DNA of 63,761 nt, the filler included, from Octopus bimaculoides (lineage: Eukaryota), in the NCBI RefSeq assembly GCF_001194135.2. It is 6 parts of 5 records of this genome, joined end to end, with 100 filler letters (N's around TTAATTAATTAA, not from the genome) between each part and the next. Parts side by side here need not be neighbours in the genome. Positions count along the whole stretch, not along the records: positions 20,429 to 37,831 come from NC_068997.1; positions 37,932 to 50,350 come from NC_068982.1; positions 50,451 to 63,761 come from NC_068985.1; 3 more parts are not named here. One strand, given 5' to 3'. This document shows positions 37,632 to 51,460 of the stretch, in pieces. The notes under the pieces are model-generated. The model worked only from the letters and a program-made list of their open reading frames with translations. It was not told the origin of the DNA and ran no database searches. Position 1 is the first letter of the stretch. The number at the start of each line of letters is the position of its first letter. Position numbers and translations under genes: made by a program.

Positions 37632-37673
<42 letters not shown>

Positions 37674-37777
37674 GGTGGTGGTGGTAGTAGTAGTAGGTGC
37701 TGCTGCTGTTGTTCTTGTTGTTTTGTTGCTGTTGTACTGCGCTACGTTTCAATCCAATAATAATAATAATAATAATG

Positions 37778-37811
<34 letters not shown>

Positions 37812-37831
37812 TGATGATGATGATGATAATG

Positions 37832-37931
37832 NNNNNNNNNNNNNNNNNNNNNNNNNNNNNNNNNNNNNNNNNNNNTTAATTAATTAANNNNNNNNNNNNN
37901 NNNNNNNNNNNNNNNNNNNNNNNNNNNNNNN
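37832..37931. other. Artificial assembly spacer
   Basis: 44 N + TTAATTAATTAA (37876-37887) + 44 N. Confidence 0.95.
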
Positions 37932-37974
37932 ACACACACACACACACACACACACATATGTATATATATTCTTT

Positions 37975-38230
37975 TATTCTTTTACCCTTTTATTTGTTTC
38001 AGTTATTTGACTGCGGCCATACTAGAGCACTGCATTTAGTGAAAGAAATCGACATCAGGGCTTATTATTTGTAAGCCTAGTACTTATTCAATGGGACTCT
38101 TCTGCCGAACCGCTAAGTTTCGGAATGTAAACACAGCAACATCGGTTGTCAAGCGATGGTGGGGGACAAACGCAGACACACGCAAACATACACACACACC
38201 TCACACACACACAGACACGCACACACACAC
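37975..38230 (-). mobile_element. Family A SINE 3' half
   Basis: GTTTCAGTTATTTGACTGCGGCCATACTAGAGCACTGC...GCCGAACCGCTAAG...CGGTTGTCAAGCGATGGTGGGGGACAAAC. Confidence 0.85.
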
Positions 38231-38937
38231 ACACACATACACACACACACACACACTCAAACACACANNNNNNNNNNTGATTATTGTATATGTATATATA
38301 AGGGAGACCACTAGGTGGACTGTTAATGTGCTAGAAGAAGATCACATGTAATGCGTCTACTAAGAACGAGTTGTTCTTAAAGAAAATTTAGCGAAGGAAC
38401 AAAACATATACGGGCAAGACAAGTGAAAATTACATAAATACATACGATGCTATCCGTAGACCGGTTTCGAAATTAATATTTCTTTACCGAAAATATCTGT
38501 TTCTCATCAGTACGGACCGCCAAAGAAATATAATTCCCAGAATCATATACTAGTTGTTCTCCACGAATGAAGAACGTGCACATGGTTCTGTTAATTATAC
38601 TTATGGTAAGATTCAAAAGTTTTCGTTTTGGCGCCCTAAATCCGGAAATATATCTGCAGAAAATAGTTTCCGCATCGAATTTACCAGCTTTGAGAACGTG
38701 GTTATGGTTAATGGTTAATTAAAAAATTGGATATTAATTAATATCAATTTAATACCAGAAACTATGGTCTGTGAGTATCCCGTAAGGGTGGAGATGGGAG
38801 CGATGACCGCCCTTGCAAACAATATACGGACACAGACTGTGTGTCGATAGCCAGCTGGAAAATATGTCTTCTTGGGGCTTAAAGAACAATAACATCATCC
38901 TTTATAGGGCCGCCACATTCTGTTGGCAAATAAAGTT

Positions 38938-38998
<61 letters not shown>

Positions 38999-39080
38999 TG
39001 CATATGTATATAGATACGCAAACATGCACACACATCTATAAACCAGGAAAATGACAGTATTAACGTGTATAGTTGCCTTA

Positions 39081-39680
39081 GGATCTTTTTGGTTTGACGG
39101 GCAACACTTGTTTTCTTAACGAAACACTTTCAAACTTGGGACACTGGTAGAATGTGTCATATAAAACAACTTTTTCTCTTAGCCTTCTTAACAAAAAATT
39201 GTACATCGCAAGTTATTTCATGTTAAAGTTGTCCTATTTCTGTAATTTCAACCAATCACTGACGTCTATTCAGCTGAATATAGTTACTGCTGCGGCGGTG
39301 TATATGGTATTAATCCCTTGTTGACATATTTCATCCGGTTTTTTGGTTTGTTTTCTTTTGAAGCAGACAAAATTACAGAAGAATGGTAATTTATACGCAT
39401 ATATTGTTTATATAATAAATTACGCTGTGCGTATCTGTGTTTGTAACAATTTTTCGCTAGTACTCAGTAACACATTTTCTAAATGATGGTAGAGTTTGAT
39501 TTGAAGAAGATTTGGCTGCTATTATGCTTGAATTACACTATTCTACTTGTTTCAGTTGATTGAATAATAGCTAATAAGGGGAAAAAGCCATCAAAATACT
39601 TGATTTGAAGAAGATTTCGGTACCAAAAACACTACATAAAACATAAATGAAAAATGTTGCCCGTCAAACCAAAAAGATCT
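39081..39680. mobile_element. Non-autonomous DNA transposon (MITE), MULE-like
   Basis: Perfect 25-bp TIR (39082-39106 GATCTTTTTGGTTTGACGGGCAACA / 39655-39679 reverse complement) flanked by GTTGCCTTA (39072-39080) and GTTGCCTCT (39681-39689), a 7/9-identical 9-bp TSD. Confidence 0.75.
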
Positions 39681-42600
39681 GTTGCCTCTCTTGTACTCAT
39701 GATCACTACCCCACGTCACATATTTTGCCATGACCGAGAAGATAGCTACGAAATATCTCATGTGCCAAAGGTATTGCTGTACTCTTAAAATCACCGAATA
39801 CAACCGCCAGTGTCAATCATGTCACTGTAATGTGGAGAACATAACACAAGAAGTCAGTAGCTTCTCAGAATGGCATCGAAGTTACCATCTGCGATATGAT
39901 GTTACTACAATGTCATTCGCAAAAATGCCTTCCCAGGTACAAATATAAATATGTACAATACAATATGTACATATGTGCACAATAAATATTGTTGGAATAC
40001 TCCCCCTAAAATTCCTAACAAGTGCAAACGTAACCGGTCTGCCATAGTTATTTGGGACAAAACAAATGCTACGTACAGTAGCAGGGGCTAGTTTCCCTGC
40101 ATATATAAATATTCCTTCTAAAATCAGCAGGAAAGAGACAACTCCTTGGTGATTTGAAACTGTCCTACTCTGGTTATAAGTTTAACATTTATATGAAGCT
40201 ATTATTAGTGTACTTGATTATGTTAATAAATGTCTACGTCACAATGTGAAGGAGCTGGGATTTTCAAGTAAAGAAAGAAGCTAGATAACACAAACTTTGA
40301 TACACCCTGTTTGTAGAAAATGAAAATATTCAAGCTTTTTTTAAATTTCCATATTTAAAATAATTATCAATTATCATCCAAATTCTAATGATGGAGCATT
40401 TGTTTCTCTGTTAGAAACCAGCACCCATCTTCTAAAAGGAATACTGATAAATAAAAAAAAGAGAAAAACGATATACACACACGTTTTTCTCACAGGCATA
40501 ACACTGTATGACAGAATTACAAACACAAAAATGTCAACTATACATTTGCTACTATAGTACTCCATTCACTCAGTCAGTTCTGACGTTATAAATTCAATAA
40601 CGATCAGTAATCAATTTCTTCAACCAAACTAAGCAAAACGACAAAATATTTAATAGTTTAAGATAAGTAAATCTGAATTGTCCTGATAAATAGCGCATTT
40701 CGTTATTATATACTCCAGTCGCCTGTAAAATTTGGCTTCACTTTTGAAATAAATACAAATTATTTCACGGCCTCTTCTTTATGATCGTATGAAATAAAAT
40801 TGTATGCATTCCTAAATTGATTTCAAAAAAGTGAGACACTATTAATATCAATAGCTTACTATATTAGTAAATTTAGCGTGAGATTTTCGAAAATGCACAA
40901 ATAAAACATCAAAATACGAGTTTTTGTTCTCAGGGAAATCTATAAAGCTTTAAAATATTCAATGGTTTAGACTTACTTTTTATGAGCCAACTATACAAAA
41001 TACGCTGTACGTGGTTTTCTATTAAGGAGGATAGAAGGCACTAAACACCGATGGAAATTTATTGTACGCTTAACTCATTGATTGAATAACGCTGAAAATT
41101 TATTGATATGTATCATTGAACAGTTTAGTCATAAAGTGATCGATATTTTAAAAACTGTTATAAAACTTGGTTTATGTTTGCATTTTAATTGTATTTCTCT
41201 AAACGTAGTTAGGAAATTAAATTAAATATTGGGTGACTGAAAGCAATATCATGACATTTAATTTGATAATATCGGGTGATATACTGAAGAGAAAATTGAT
41301 TCTGAAAAATAAACAACCGTTATAGAATGCAGTGAAAATATAGAAAAATGGAGAAAATTTGATAAATAAATTAGCAAAAGTATCTCTTTATTAAACTAGG
41401 TCTCAGTACAGCCAAGGTTTAAAACAATTTTCCCAATTGTGACCTTTAATATCAACTCCAATTAATTTGAAGCAATGAGGGAGCCTCTTTATGATCTTTC
41501 TCATTGATTTGATTGAGAAAGTTCATCCAAACCACACCTTACTGTCTGAAAATGACATTATGTTCATGAATAGATGTTTTTGATCATAAATATATTCGGT
41601 CAAGGCTGACCTGCATTTAAAGCTATTGTTGAGACTTTTGCTATTTAACATTAGGGCAGTCCCAATAGAACAGAGATGTTACAGTTAGAACCATCCTATC
41701 TTGATGTATAGAATGTGTAGAACTACATTATATGGTATATCCTTCCTGTTTTCGGACTAAATTGTGAAATTTGAGGAAATGTTTTGCTATTTATAACAAA
41801 TAAAGCCAAACTATAAAGAATGTCTTGTTGACACCTGTGAATAATACAGAAAAGAAAGGGTGAAAAATTGAAGAGACTCAGCTTGGAATGGTCTTACATT
41901 TTTACCAACATTCGGTAAAAGGCAGGGGCATGTTTCTTGGAACTGGGATTTTGTGTTGAAAATAATTGTTTTACTTTTGAATAGTATTTTTTTTTTAGAT
42001 AAGAACGCGTGATTAAATTACATTTATCATGTTATGATGAATGCATTAAATTTTGATGTGAGCTATTAGTTAAAGCCTGTTAGTAATTAAATACTTGTCT
42101 ATAAGTTTAATGATTTTGTAAGTGACTGACAAATTTTCCTCAAGTTACACAATTTAGTCTGAAAAGAAGAAGGATATACTGCATATTTTAGCCTTGTATA
42201 TTCTATGTACCAAGATAGGATGGTCTTGGTCGTGACAACCCCAGCAGGGTTGCCATTGGGATAAACAGTGATAGTATCAACAATAACTTTAATCATAGAC
42301 AAAAATCGAGCAAGATACATGTAAATAGTATTCCAGTGTGTACTCGAGACTTTCTTCGGTATGCGAGAAGCTGAGGAATTGTGAAATTTGTATGTAAATG
42401 TAGATATATATCATCGTTCACTTGTCATTACGTTATACAACCTAACCATACTCACACTTGTCGTTAGACGCATGCAAAGCAACTTGATTCCTGGCTAGCC
42501 ATACATTTATGAACAGAATACAGGAAAGACGTTAACACTATCAAAGAAACTCCTGCACATCAACATCCGTTCAAAAAACCTGCATGCAGTTAAAACTCAA

Positions 42601-43619
42601 TATTTTTAAAAACTTTCTGAAGTAAAATCTGTGATGAATTTTTATTACGATTACACATAGATAACTTCAGTTAAAAAGACAAAAATCTACATTGGATTAA
42701 TGCTTACCAAAGTGGGATCGTGCTGCTGTTACAAGCAACAGTGTAGAGCACATGTAAAAGAACGTAATGAAACTGATTGATAAAACACTGGATACAAGAC
42801 CGCTTTCTGCCCTATCTCTCATTGATCACTATTGTGACATCGATCCCTATGAAATTATCGGCTGCTACATTTCCATTCAACCTAACTCTGAAACCTACTC
42901 TCGCATCTTCTCATATTTTCTTCTTTTGCTTAACCACAGCCAACACTAAGGTCTTTAATTAATCATTCATGTTTAAGAATGCAGCTTTCTGGAAGGTGTG
43001 CAAATTCACGAGCAAATGTTCCCTTCCTATGGCATAAAGGAGATGCTTATCGTTAGATAAACATTTACGAACATTAATCCTCTTGCAAGAAGTGAGGTTG
43101 ACCATTAATTTAAACTATTTTACACTTTATAGCATCTCAAACCTTTTAAAAGATCATTAGTTGTTATTCTACTTTTAGGCGCTGCACTGTTTCTTCGTGT
43201 TGGTTGAAATTACATTTGCACTCTGATTTCTATTACTAAAGTTCCGTGCAATTTGCTGTATTGGTAGCGAGATTATAAGGTTAATTGTTTTGAGTATGTA
43301 GGTGGTTACTCCATATTTGTCTTCCTCACCCTTTTTAAATATTGTTGTAAATCTTAGCTTTACCTTTTCTCATAGTGACACTTTAATTCTCATAATCATT
43401 ACCATTATTATTATATTTTAAATCCAATTCAAACTACCACTACCAAAACCACCAACACTCTTCATCCTTATCATCGTCGTCGTCGACGACGTCATCGTCA
43501 TGATGATGATGATGATGATCACTTCACTCTTTGTTGTTTTGTTGTTGTTGCTGCTGCCGCTGCTGCTGCCGCTGCTGCTGCCGCTGCTGCTGCCGCTGCT
43601 GCCGCTGCTGCCGCTGCTG

Positions 43620-43688
<69 letters not shown>

Positions 43689-46600
43689 TTTCAGTCTCGT
43701 ACTTATTGCAAATGTTGATTTAATGCTCCAAGAAATATCAGAAACGAAAACTAAAAAGAAAATTGCCTTTCACAATTAATTTGTTGAAAGTTCAAAACAT
43801 TCATGTGAACCTTTTATTGCAACATTATTTGCACATCTGTGTCCGTGGGCCACACATCGTGTAGTTTGTTTAATCATCATGTTTCAACTATTATAATGGA
43901 GCACGAGATTCATTAACATATATTAGTATTATCTTTTGGCGAAATAGAAAAGTATTTGGGTTACATTTGTTCTATTGCTTTTGTTGTATGGTTCTGATGT
44001 TAACCCTTTTTCATGTGATGGCTTTCATAGCATAACGAAGAGAAGGATTCGATGAATATCGGTGTACGGTACAACTATTTCTTATTTTATCCTGTAATTA
44101 AAATGGTGTCTGTATGAAATAAAGTCAATTAGATAACTGCAAGCGGCTATACAGCCCATTCGAATATCTCTTCAGCACATCCAAGAATATCTTGGCAAAA
44201 AAATGCGTCCTCCACCAAGAAATATATGCCATAGAATACTTCTGTATTAGTCACAGATACGTTTTCTGATATTGTTCTTAATATGTAGCCAGGGAGAGAA
44301 GTGCAGGGTCTGTAACTATCTAATTTGTCAGGGTTTCCGAGATTGATGGGAAGTCATCCTAAAACCGGACTCCTGGACCAAATTCCTGCAACAGAGAGAG
44401 CACCGCTAAAAGCACCTGAAAGGTATAGCGTTAATGCGAGCTAAATACTAAGTTTACTAGTTACAAACTCAGAACGCAAAAAACAGGAAAATGCACCTCA
44501 AGGTTAAAGAAAATTAGCTGGATCGGAATAAAGAAAATACTTATTATTAGAAAATTTTCAGAATGAAATATATAAAACAGTGCTAATAGCAGAATTCAGA
44601 ACATATGGCAGAAAACCTATTTGAATAAAACAATTGTTAGCGTGAAAATGATATGGGTATTTTTGTGGAAAATATACTACAAAAAAAGTGATTCATCGAG
44701 AATATTACATTATTGCCTTAGAAAAACTGCTGAAACGGAGTACTCATTTTCTGGTCAACAAAACTCAATGTTTTGCAATCAAAATATTTCTTGAAGTACA
44801 GTAAACTACATTGGGTGTCAGTAGGTATCATACTGGGTCTACATCTTTTAATCAGAAAACAGCAAATTAAACAGATTTTCATACCTCTCAGTCAACGATA
44901 GATACGTGGTCCTAGTTCCATTAATTTGTCCAGCATTGGTTGCTAAAAACATTAATATCATTTTGTGTAGATATCTATATATTTTCAAGAATGGTGGTGA
45001 ATTGGTCGAATAAGTAGAGCATCGGACAAAATATTTTGTCAAAGTCTATGTACGAATTACATCGAACTGGACTTTGTCCGGATGACGAATATGAACATCA
45101 ATCAAATACTGTAGGCCATATTACAGATACGAAACCCATATTTTTACACACTCAAATACACTCACACACGCATACACACACAAATATATACTCACACACA
45201 CGTGAACACACTCAGGGCGTAACCTTGTGCTACACCATATATATGTGTACGTTAAAAATCAATATTTATTCGCTTATGTTTGAGATCGTTTATACCTTCC
45301 ATTACTTCATCAATTATAGCAAACCAATATTGTTATACAGGATAATATCAAACATGGGAAATGAGTACAAAAATAAGTAATGGAGAATTGGTAAACAGAG
45401 AAAGACAAAGAAACAAAATATTTATATAGATTCTGTAAACATTTGAGGCAGAAGTTGAAATATATTATTGATACATTAAAACATTTCATAACATCAATCG
45501 GTACGAAAACCTTCACGGATTCGTTTTCTATTGGTAAATAATCTTATTATCAATGAATTAAATATATTTCCATAATATTCAATGTAGTTGATTAAAATGG
45601 TTTTAGAGTTCTACCCAACACTCTTCATTTTTGGTATTCTGAAGTTCAATAGAAGTATCAACAAATGTCAATAAAACGATGAAATACTGTAGATATNNNN
45701 NNNNNNNNNNNNNNNNNNNNNNNNNNNNNNNNNNNNNNNNNNNNNNNNNNNNNNNNNNNNNNNNNNNNNNNNNNNNNNNNNNNNNNNNNNNNNNNNNNNN
45801 NNNNNNNNNNNNNNNNNNNNNNNNNNNNNNNNNNNNNNNNNNNNNNNNNNNNNNNNNNNNNNNNNNNNNNNNNNNNNNNNNNNNNNNNNNNNNNNNNNNN
45901 NNNNNNNNNNNNNNNNNNNNNNNNNNNNNNNNNNNNNNNNNNNNNNNNNNNNNNNNNNNNNNNNNNNNNNNNNNNNNNNNNNNNNNNNNNNNNNNNNNNN
46001 NNNNNNNNNNNNNNNNNNNNNNNNNNNNNNNNNNNNNNNNNNNNNNNNNNNNNNNNNNNNNNNNNNNNNNNNNNNNNNNNNNNNNNNNNNNNNNNNNNNN
46101 NNNNNNNNNNNNNNNNNNNNNNNNNNNNNNNNNNNNNNNNNNNNNNNNNNNNNNNNNNNNNNNNNNNNNNNNNNNNNNNNNNNNNNNNNNNNNNNNATAT
46201 ATATATATATATATACACATACATACATATAACATAAAAATAAATTAAGCAAATGTGAACACTTTACAATGTTTCTACTTCGATGCAATTGTTTTAGAAT
46301 CAACAATTTGATTTTCATTCAAATCATTTGCTAGACAAAGCCAACTAAATGTATACGTACATACTGTGCGCACACAAGGATGGGATCTTCGTACGTTTCC
46401 CAAACACAAACACACACACATGTGTGTGTGTTTGTGTGCGTATGTGTATGGGCTTGTTTCCGTGCACCATATGCGTAGTCTATCACATGATAACAAATGC
46501 TGGAAGGTATTTTGCAAACATAAACAAAACTAGATCTAGAATATTGAAATCGTAGCTGCATTCTAAGGTGAGAAGTGATAATAGAATATCTGAACTGTCT

Positions 46601-49600
46601 GTAAGGCAATGTAGCAATGAGGCTGTTCCAAATTACTTGGAAAACTTAATTAAAAATATACTAACAAGAAACGAAAGAGGAAGTAGCATCTTAATTTATT
46701 AGTAATTCAAAGGGTGTGAAGCTCACTTCAGATGAAATTGGTGAGTAATACTTCAAGACATCAAAATTAGTTATGAAGAGTCACAATCAATAGCATTCAT
46801 CAGCAATTAAAATCACGTTTGCTATTCTTTCTTCTGCAAATAAAAGTGAAGATGCTCCTTAGAAGCAATTAATTTTGTTAGCTATAGGCATTTCGCTAAT
46901 TTAACTCGAAGGAAAAAAAAGTTATTCAAAATAATGAAATATTTAATTACTCGGAGGAAGACGCAGGATTTAAAACAAAAAAAGATGGGATCAAATTTAA
47001 TTAATTGTAGTGGTTTCTTCAGTAATGAACACATTTATAACAAAATGTGTTTTATATTGTTTCTAAACAATGTTTCTGTACAGAAAATAAGTTTCTGATT
47101 CGTTTAATGGCTTGTTAACATATTTAATTAACGTCATTAAGATTTGCACAGCAATATTTGCCATTAACTATAAGCAGACTGCGCACTAAAGATTGCTAAA
47201 ACAGTCGTAAAATAGATTATAGTGGTTAACCCAAGCCTAACCGTATTATATATAAAAAGATTATTTTATGGTATCCATCAGAAGGAAGGAAATATTAGAG
47301 ATTAGCAAGACTGAATATTGAGCTTGAACAGAAGCTGCAAGTAATAAGAAAACTAGGGCGTGATCCTATTCCAGATTGTTGAAATTCTCAGAAGGGAGCT
47401 TTAGATAGTGTGGTTTGTTTGTGGCTCAAACATAGGTGAAGAGAGAAGTGGTTTTTACCTGAACGTGAGTTAGAGTTCGTGGTAATAGCTGTAAAAGAGA
47501 AGAGGCAGAATGAGGGCACACCAAATCTGTACGCTAGATGTTGGAGTGTGTTGTGTCACTCTTTATTAATTAGTCGGAGGATATTTTCTTCAGAATTAGA
47601 GGATGATTTTGCGTGTGAAAGCTGCCTTGTATCAACTGGGGATCATTCATTATAGATCTCACTTATGTTTGGTAAAGTGTAAGCAACTAATTAGGGCTGA
47701 TGTATTTTCAGGCTATAAAAAGAAAGATTAATATCTGGAATATAGCTGTTGTGATGTTATGAATATAAGAGTGTCATACATTTATGCTTATAGAGGTTTA
47801 GCATTTAGAGCTTTTTTCAATTTTTATTGTGTGTTGTTCAAGTTTAGAAAATGTGATATAGAAAACTGTTTCCATGTATGTTAATGATTGTACCTTTGCG
47901 TGGTTGGAGGATATAATATAATCATAGTGCTATTATTACAAGATATTTATAAATCTCTGTTAATGGAAGTAGTTTATGATTGTCTAAGTTGCTTATAGAT
48001 GGCACGTATACTGGGAAGGTTAGCACCGAGTGAAGAAAGTTAGTATATGCATGGAAGTAAGAGGTAGTCAAGCAAGAAACATGCAGGAAGTTGTTACTGT
48101 ATGGGAAGAAAAAGAGCAGATAGTATAACCAAACTTTGTGGAACATCAGAGAAGATGGTTCGTTGATGAAAGAGGGAGCTCCGTCTGTGCATAGTGCAGT
48201 GGTGCAATACGACTGAACTGGAGGATTACAATACAATAAATGGGTGTTTGATGAAGCCCATGGGCGGGCAGTTTAGGCAGGGAGTTTCCGTGTCAGGCAG
48301 GTAAAATGCAATATCATTGTCAAGAACAAAAGCATTGTTTTCGCCGAGTTTCAATTGTGATGTACCATTGGAGTATGACATAGACTAGATCTTCAGTAGA
48401 CCCAGCACTACTAATACAGTAATTACGATCACTGGTAATAAAGTGGGAGTCAATGTGTTGGTGACTATAATTACTAAGAACAGGCCATTACGCCTTAGCC
48501 GCTAGGCGTGGTTTATAGCGTGATCAGGGTTGTTGCCTTTGACAGGAATGAGGCATATTGCTTCAGAATGTATTATCGATAAAAGGGGTACACTGTTTGA
48601 AGTTAATGAGAAAGTCATTGCAATAATTGTTGGTCTAATTGACTTGAAAGGATGAGAAGTGATTGCAGACTGATATAAGTAAAATGGAAGCTCAAAGTTT
48701 TTTTGAGTATGTGTAAAGTATAGTTGGAAACAATTCGAGCATCAAGAGCGAAAGTTTTCACAGTGGTGCTACCGTGGTCCAAAATTGGTTGGTTTATGCT
48801 TTATGTAAAAACAGAGGAGGTCCTTTTGGAAACGGACAAGAAGGATTGATTGCAATTAGGGAAACAGGAGAGTTTGAAGGCATTGCGGTACACAGAAACA
48901 GATTTGAATGTCTGTCGTTCATTAGTCGCAGTCGAGATAAACTTCGTCCGAATGGTAGAAGTGGTGATGTTCTTCCGGCATTATAGGTAGCGTTTGTAAC
49001 TTGTAATGCTACAGCACAGCTATGTGTGAAGTATTATGTGGATTTAAAGTTATGTGCTTCTTATGTGAGAAATGCTTGTGAAGATTGTTTCAGACGTCCG
49101 TCTAATGATTCAAATAGAGCACATTATCGCCAAAGGAAAATCAGCTTAAATATAGCAAAACTTCGTATAGTTAGCTGTTTTTAAGTTCTCTACAAAAGTT
49201 GTGTCATGTGATCTGTTTCAGGTTGTCGAGATTATGCAGTGGTCAGACGATCCAGTAGAGACGGTGTTGAAAAATAAATTCAACTGAAATGCTTTCAGAA
49301 AACACTATTTCTGATTGACAGAAATAGTGAATGTATCATAAGTAATTCAAACAAATATATGCTGTTCGTTGTATTCAGTTTTGGTATAGTTTGTGAACTA
49401 TTACATGTGAAAGTTTATAATAGTTCAATGTGTATCTGGGTGTATATACTGTGATTTTTATAAAATGTGGACAAATTCTTATATTTAAAGGTGACTTTCT
49501 GGTTTTTGTAAAAATATGTATTATGTACAAATTTTTGAAATGAATAACGTTAATATAATCCAAACAGATTCTAAGATTTCTGAAAATTTCACATAAATGG

Positions 49601-49658
49601 CGGTGCTCCAGCATGGCCACAGCTCATGAGCTGAAACTAAATAAAAAATGAAATGAAA

Positions 49659-49725
<67 letters not shown>

Positions 49726-49794
49726 ATAAATTTGCATGTCTCTACTGCATATACACATATTCATATATAAGCATTTGTCTGTGTAATAGATATA

Positions 49795-49960
49795 GGCGTA
49801 GGAGTGGCTGTGTGGTAAGTAGCTTGCTTACTAACCACATGGTTCCGGGTTCATGCCCACTGTGTGGCACCTTGGGCAAGTGTCCTCTACTATAGCCTCG
49901 GGCTGACCAAATCCTCAAGGGTGGATTTGGTGGACGGAAACTGAAAGGAGCCCGTCCTAT
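49795..49960 (+). mobile_element. Family A SINE 5' head
   Basis: GGCGTAGGAGTGGCTGTGTGGTAAGTAGCTTGCTTACTAACCACATGGTTCCGGGTTCATGCCCACTGTGTGGCACCTTGGGCAAGTGTC. Confidence 0.9.
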
Positions 49961-50038
49961 ATATATATATATATATATGTGAGTAAAAATAAATACAAAA
50001 AAAGGGGTTTTGTATGATTGTGTATAGANNNNNNNNNN

Positions 50039-50078
<40 letters not shown>

Positions 50079-50350
50079 AGTAAAAATAAATACAAAAAAA
50101 GGGGTTTTGTATGATTGTGTATAGAGGAATATATTATTTTGTTTAAAAGAGTTCCAACTCTGTCTGATTTTATGTTAAAGTCTGTTAAAGTCTGTCATAC
50201 CGGCCATGATGAAATACCACAAGGTATAGAAAATACGTATTCGCCTTTATATATTTAATCCTTTATATTGAACACTCAATATTTCATATATTCAATAAGA
50301 CATATTCCATATATTCAATAAGACATTCAATACTTTATTTCATTGTACCG

Positions 50351-50450
50351 NNNNNNNNNNNNNNNNNNNNNNNNNNNNNNNNNNNNNNNNNNNNTTAATT
50401 AATTAANNNNNNNNNNNNNNNNNNNNNNNNNNNNNNNNNNNNNNNNNNNN
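50351..50450. other. Artificial assembly spacer
   Basis: 44 N + TTAATTAATTAA (50395-50406) + 44 N. Confidence 0.95.
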
Positions 50451-50660
50451 GTAGATGTAGGAGTTTTTAAATCAAAGCTGGACCTCTTCCTATCGAGAGT
50501 CCCACATGAACCTACCTCGCGGCAGGAGGTGCAAACGAGGGTTGCTAAATCAAACTCCATTCTTCACCAAGTGCCACATATTGTAAGAAGCTCCCTGTAA
50601 TAACAGTGTAGCAACATGGTGGTGCATCAGCATGGCCGCAGCTCTAAGCTGAAACTATAA
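50451..50660 (+). mobile_element. CR1/L2-group LINE 3' end
   Basis: Reads VDVGVFKSKLDLFLSRVPHEPTSRQEVQTRVAKSNSILHQ...* (compare VDVDVFKRELDL at 54506-54739), then the tail GGTGGTGCATCAGCATGGCCGCAGCTCTAAGCTGAAAC. Confidence 0.8.
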
Positions 50661-50789
50661 TATATATATATATATTCTTTTATTCTTTTATTCTATAATG
50701 GTTTACTTGTTTCTGTCATTTTGACTCTGACCATGCTGAAGTACCGCGTTTTAGTTAAGGTCAGTAGACCTTAGTATTTTTACCGATTG

Positions 50790-51460
50790 GTTCTTCTGCT
50801 CAATAATGGCAATTAATATTTCAGAGCTTTTTCTGTATTTTGGGCAATCCGTAGAAAATGTTCTCTTTCATTACAGAGTTGCATATATAATTTTTCGTCT
50901 TACATGTGAAGGAATCTTGGAATTCATTGATTAGTCTTCTAATTTTATTCATTAATGCTTTTTTTTTTTAATTGTGAGTGTCTTGGTTCCTCCGTGTAGT
51001 AGGTTTGATTTGTTAACACTTCCAATATTTTATCTTTATAATAAGCCTTGTCCATGATTACTATTGCCCCTCCATTCTCAGCATCTTTTAGGATGATTCG
51101 GTTGTCATTCTTCAATCTTTGTAAGGATACCTTTTCTTCTTCACGAAGTATTTGTTTGCATCTGTGGTTATTTAGGGTAAATTTTAAAATCGTGTCTATA
51201 TACGTGTCTAAATATTTGTCCTTACCCTTGAAGGGGGATTTATTTCTGACAATTGATTCAACATTTAAATCCTTAGTGCTCAAGGAATCTCTATGTTTTG
51301 TACCCAACAAACGCTTGACCCAATGTGTTCGTTGGTTTTTCATTAGCAGTTTAACCAAAAAATTTCTGATTTAAATGTGAAGTGTATGCACCGTATAGTT
51401 CGACTGAACTCTTCGAAGAGGTGCTTTGTCATTGCCCGATTCGAATTATTGAAAGAAATC
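50790..51460 (-). mobile_element. Penelope-like element fragment (N-terminal to RT)
   Basis: ORF 50945-51358 contains EEEKVSLQRLKNDNRIILKDAENGGAIVIMDKAYYKDKILEVL, matching the PLE 'L..L.....I.IK.ADKGGA.VIMD...Y' motif. Confidence 0.75.

Noticed and set aside
44150-44360. Minus frame LPINLGNPDKLDSYRPCTSLP resembling the LINE RT 'KGD...NYRPISL' motif
   Set aside because: Only a short loose match with no downstream RT motifs; could be chance.
48340-48410. CTGAAGA...GAAAC on the minus strand as a hammerhead
   Set aside because: No stem II pairing between the two core halves.
49960-50125. Duplicated GTGAGTAAAAATAAATACAAAAAAAGGGG... block
   Set aside because: Same pattern: identical copies flanking a 10-N gap, an assembly artefact.
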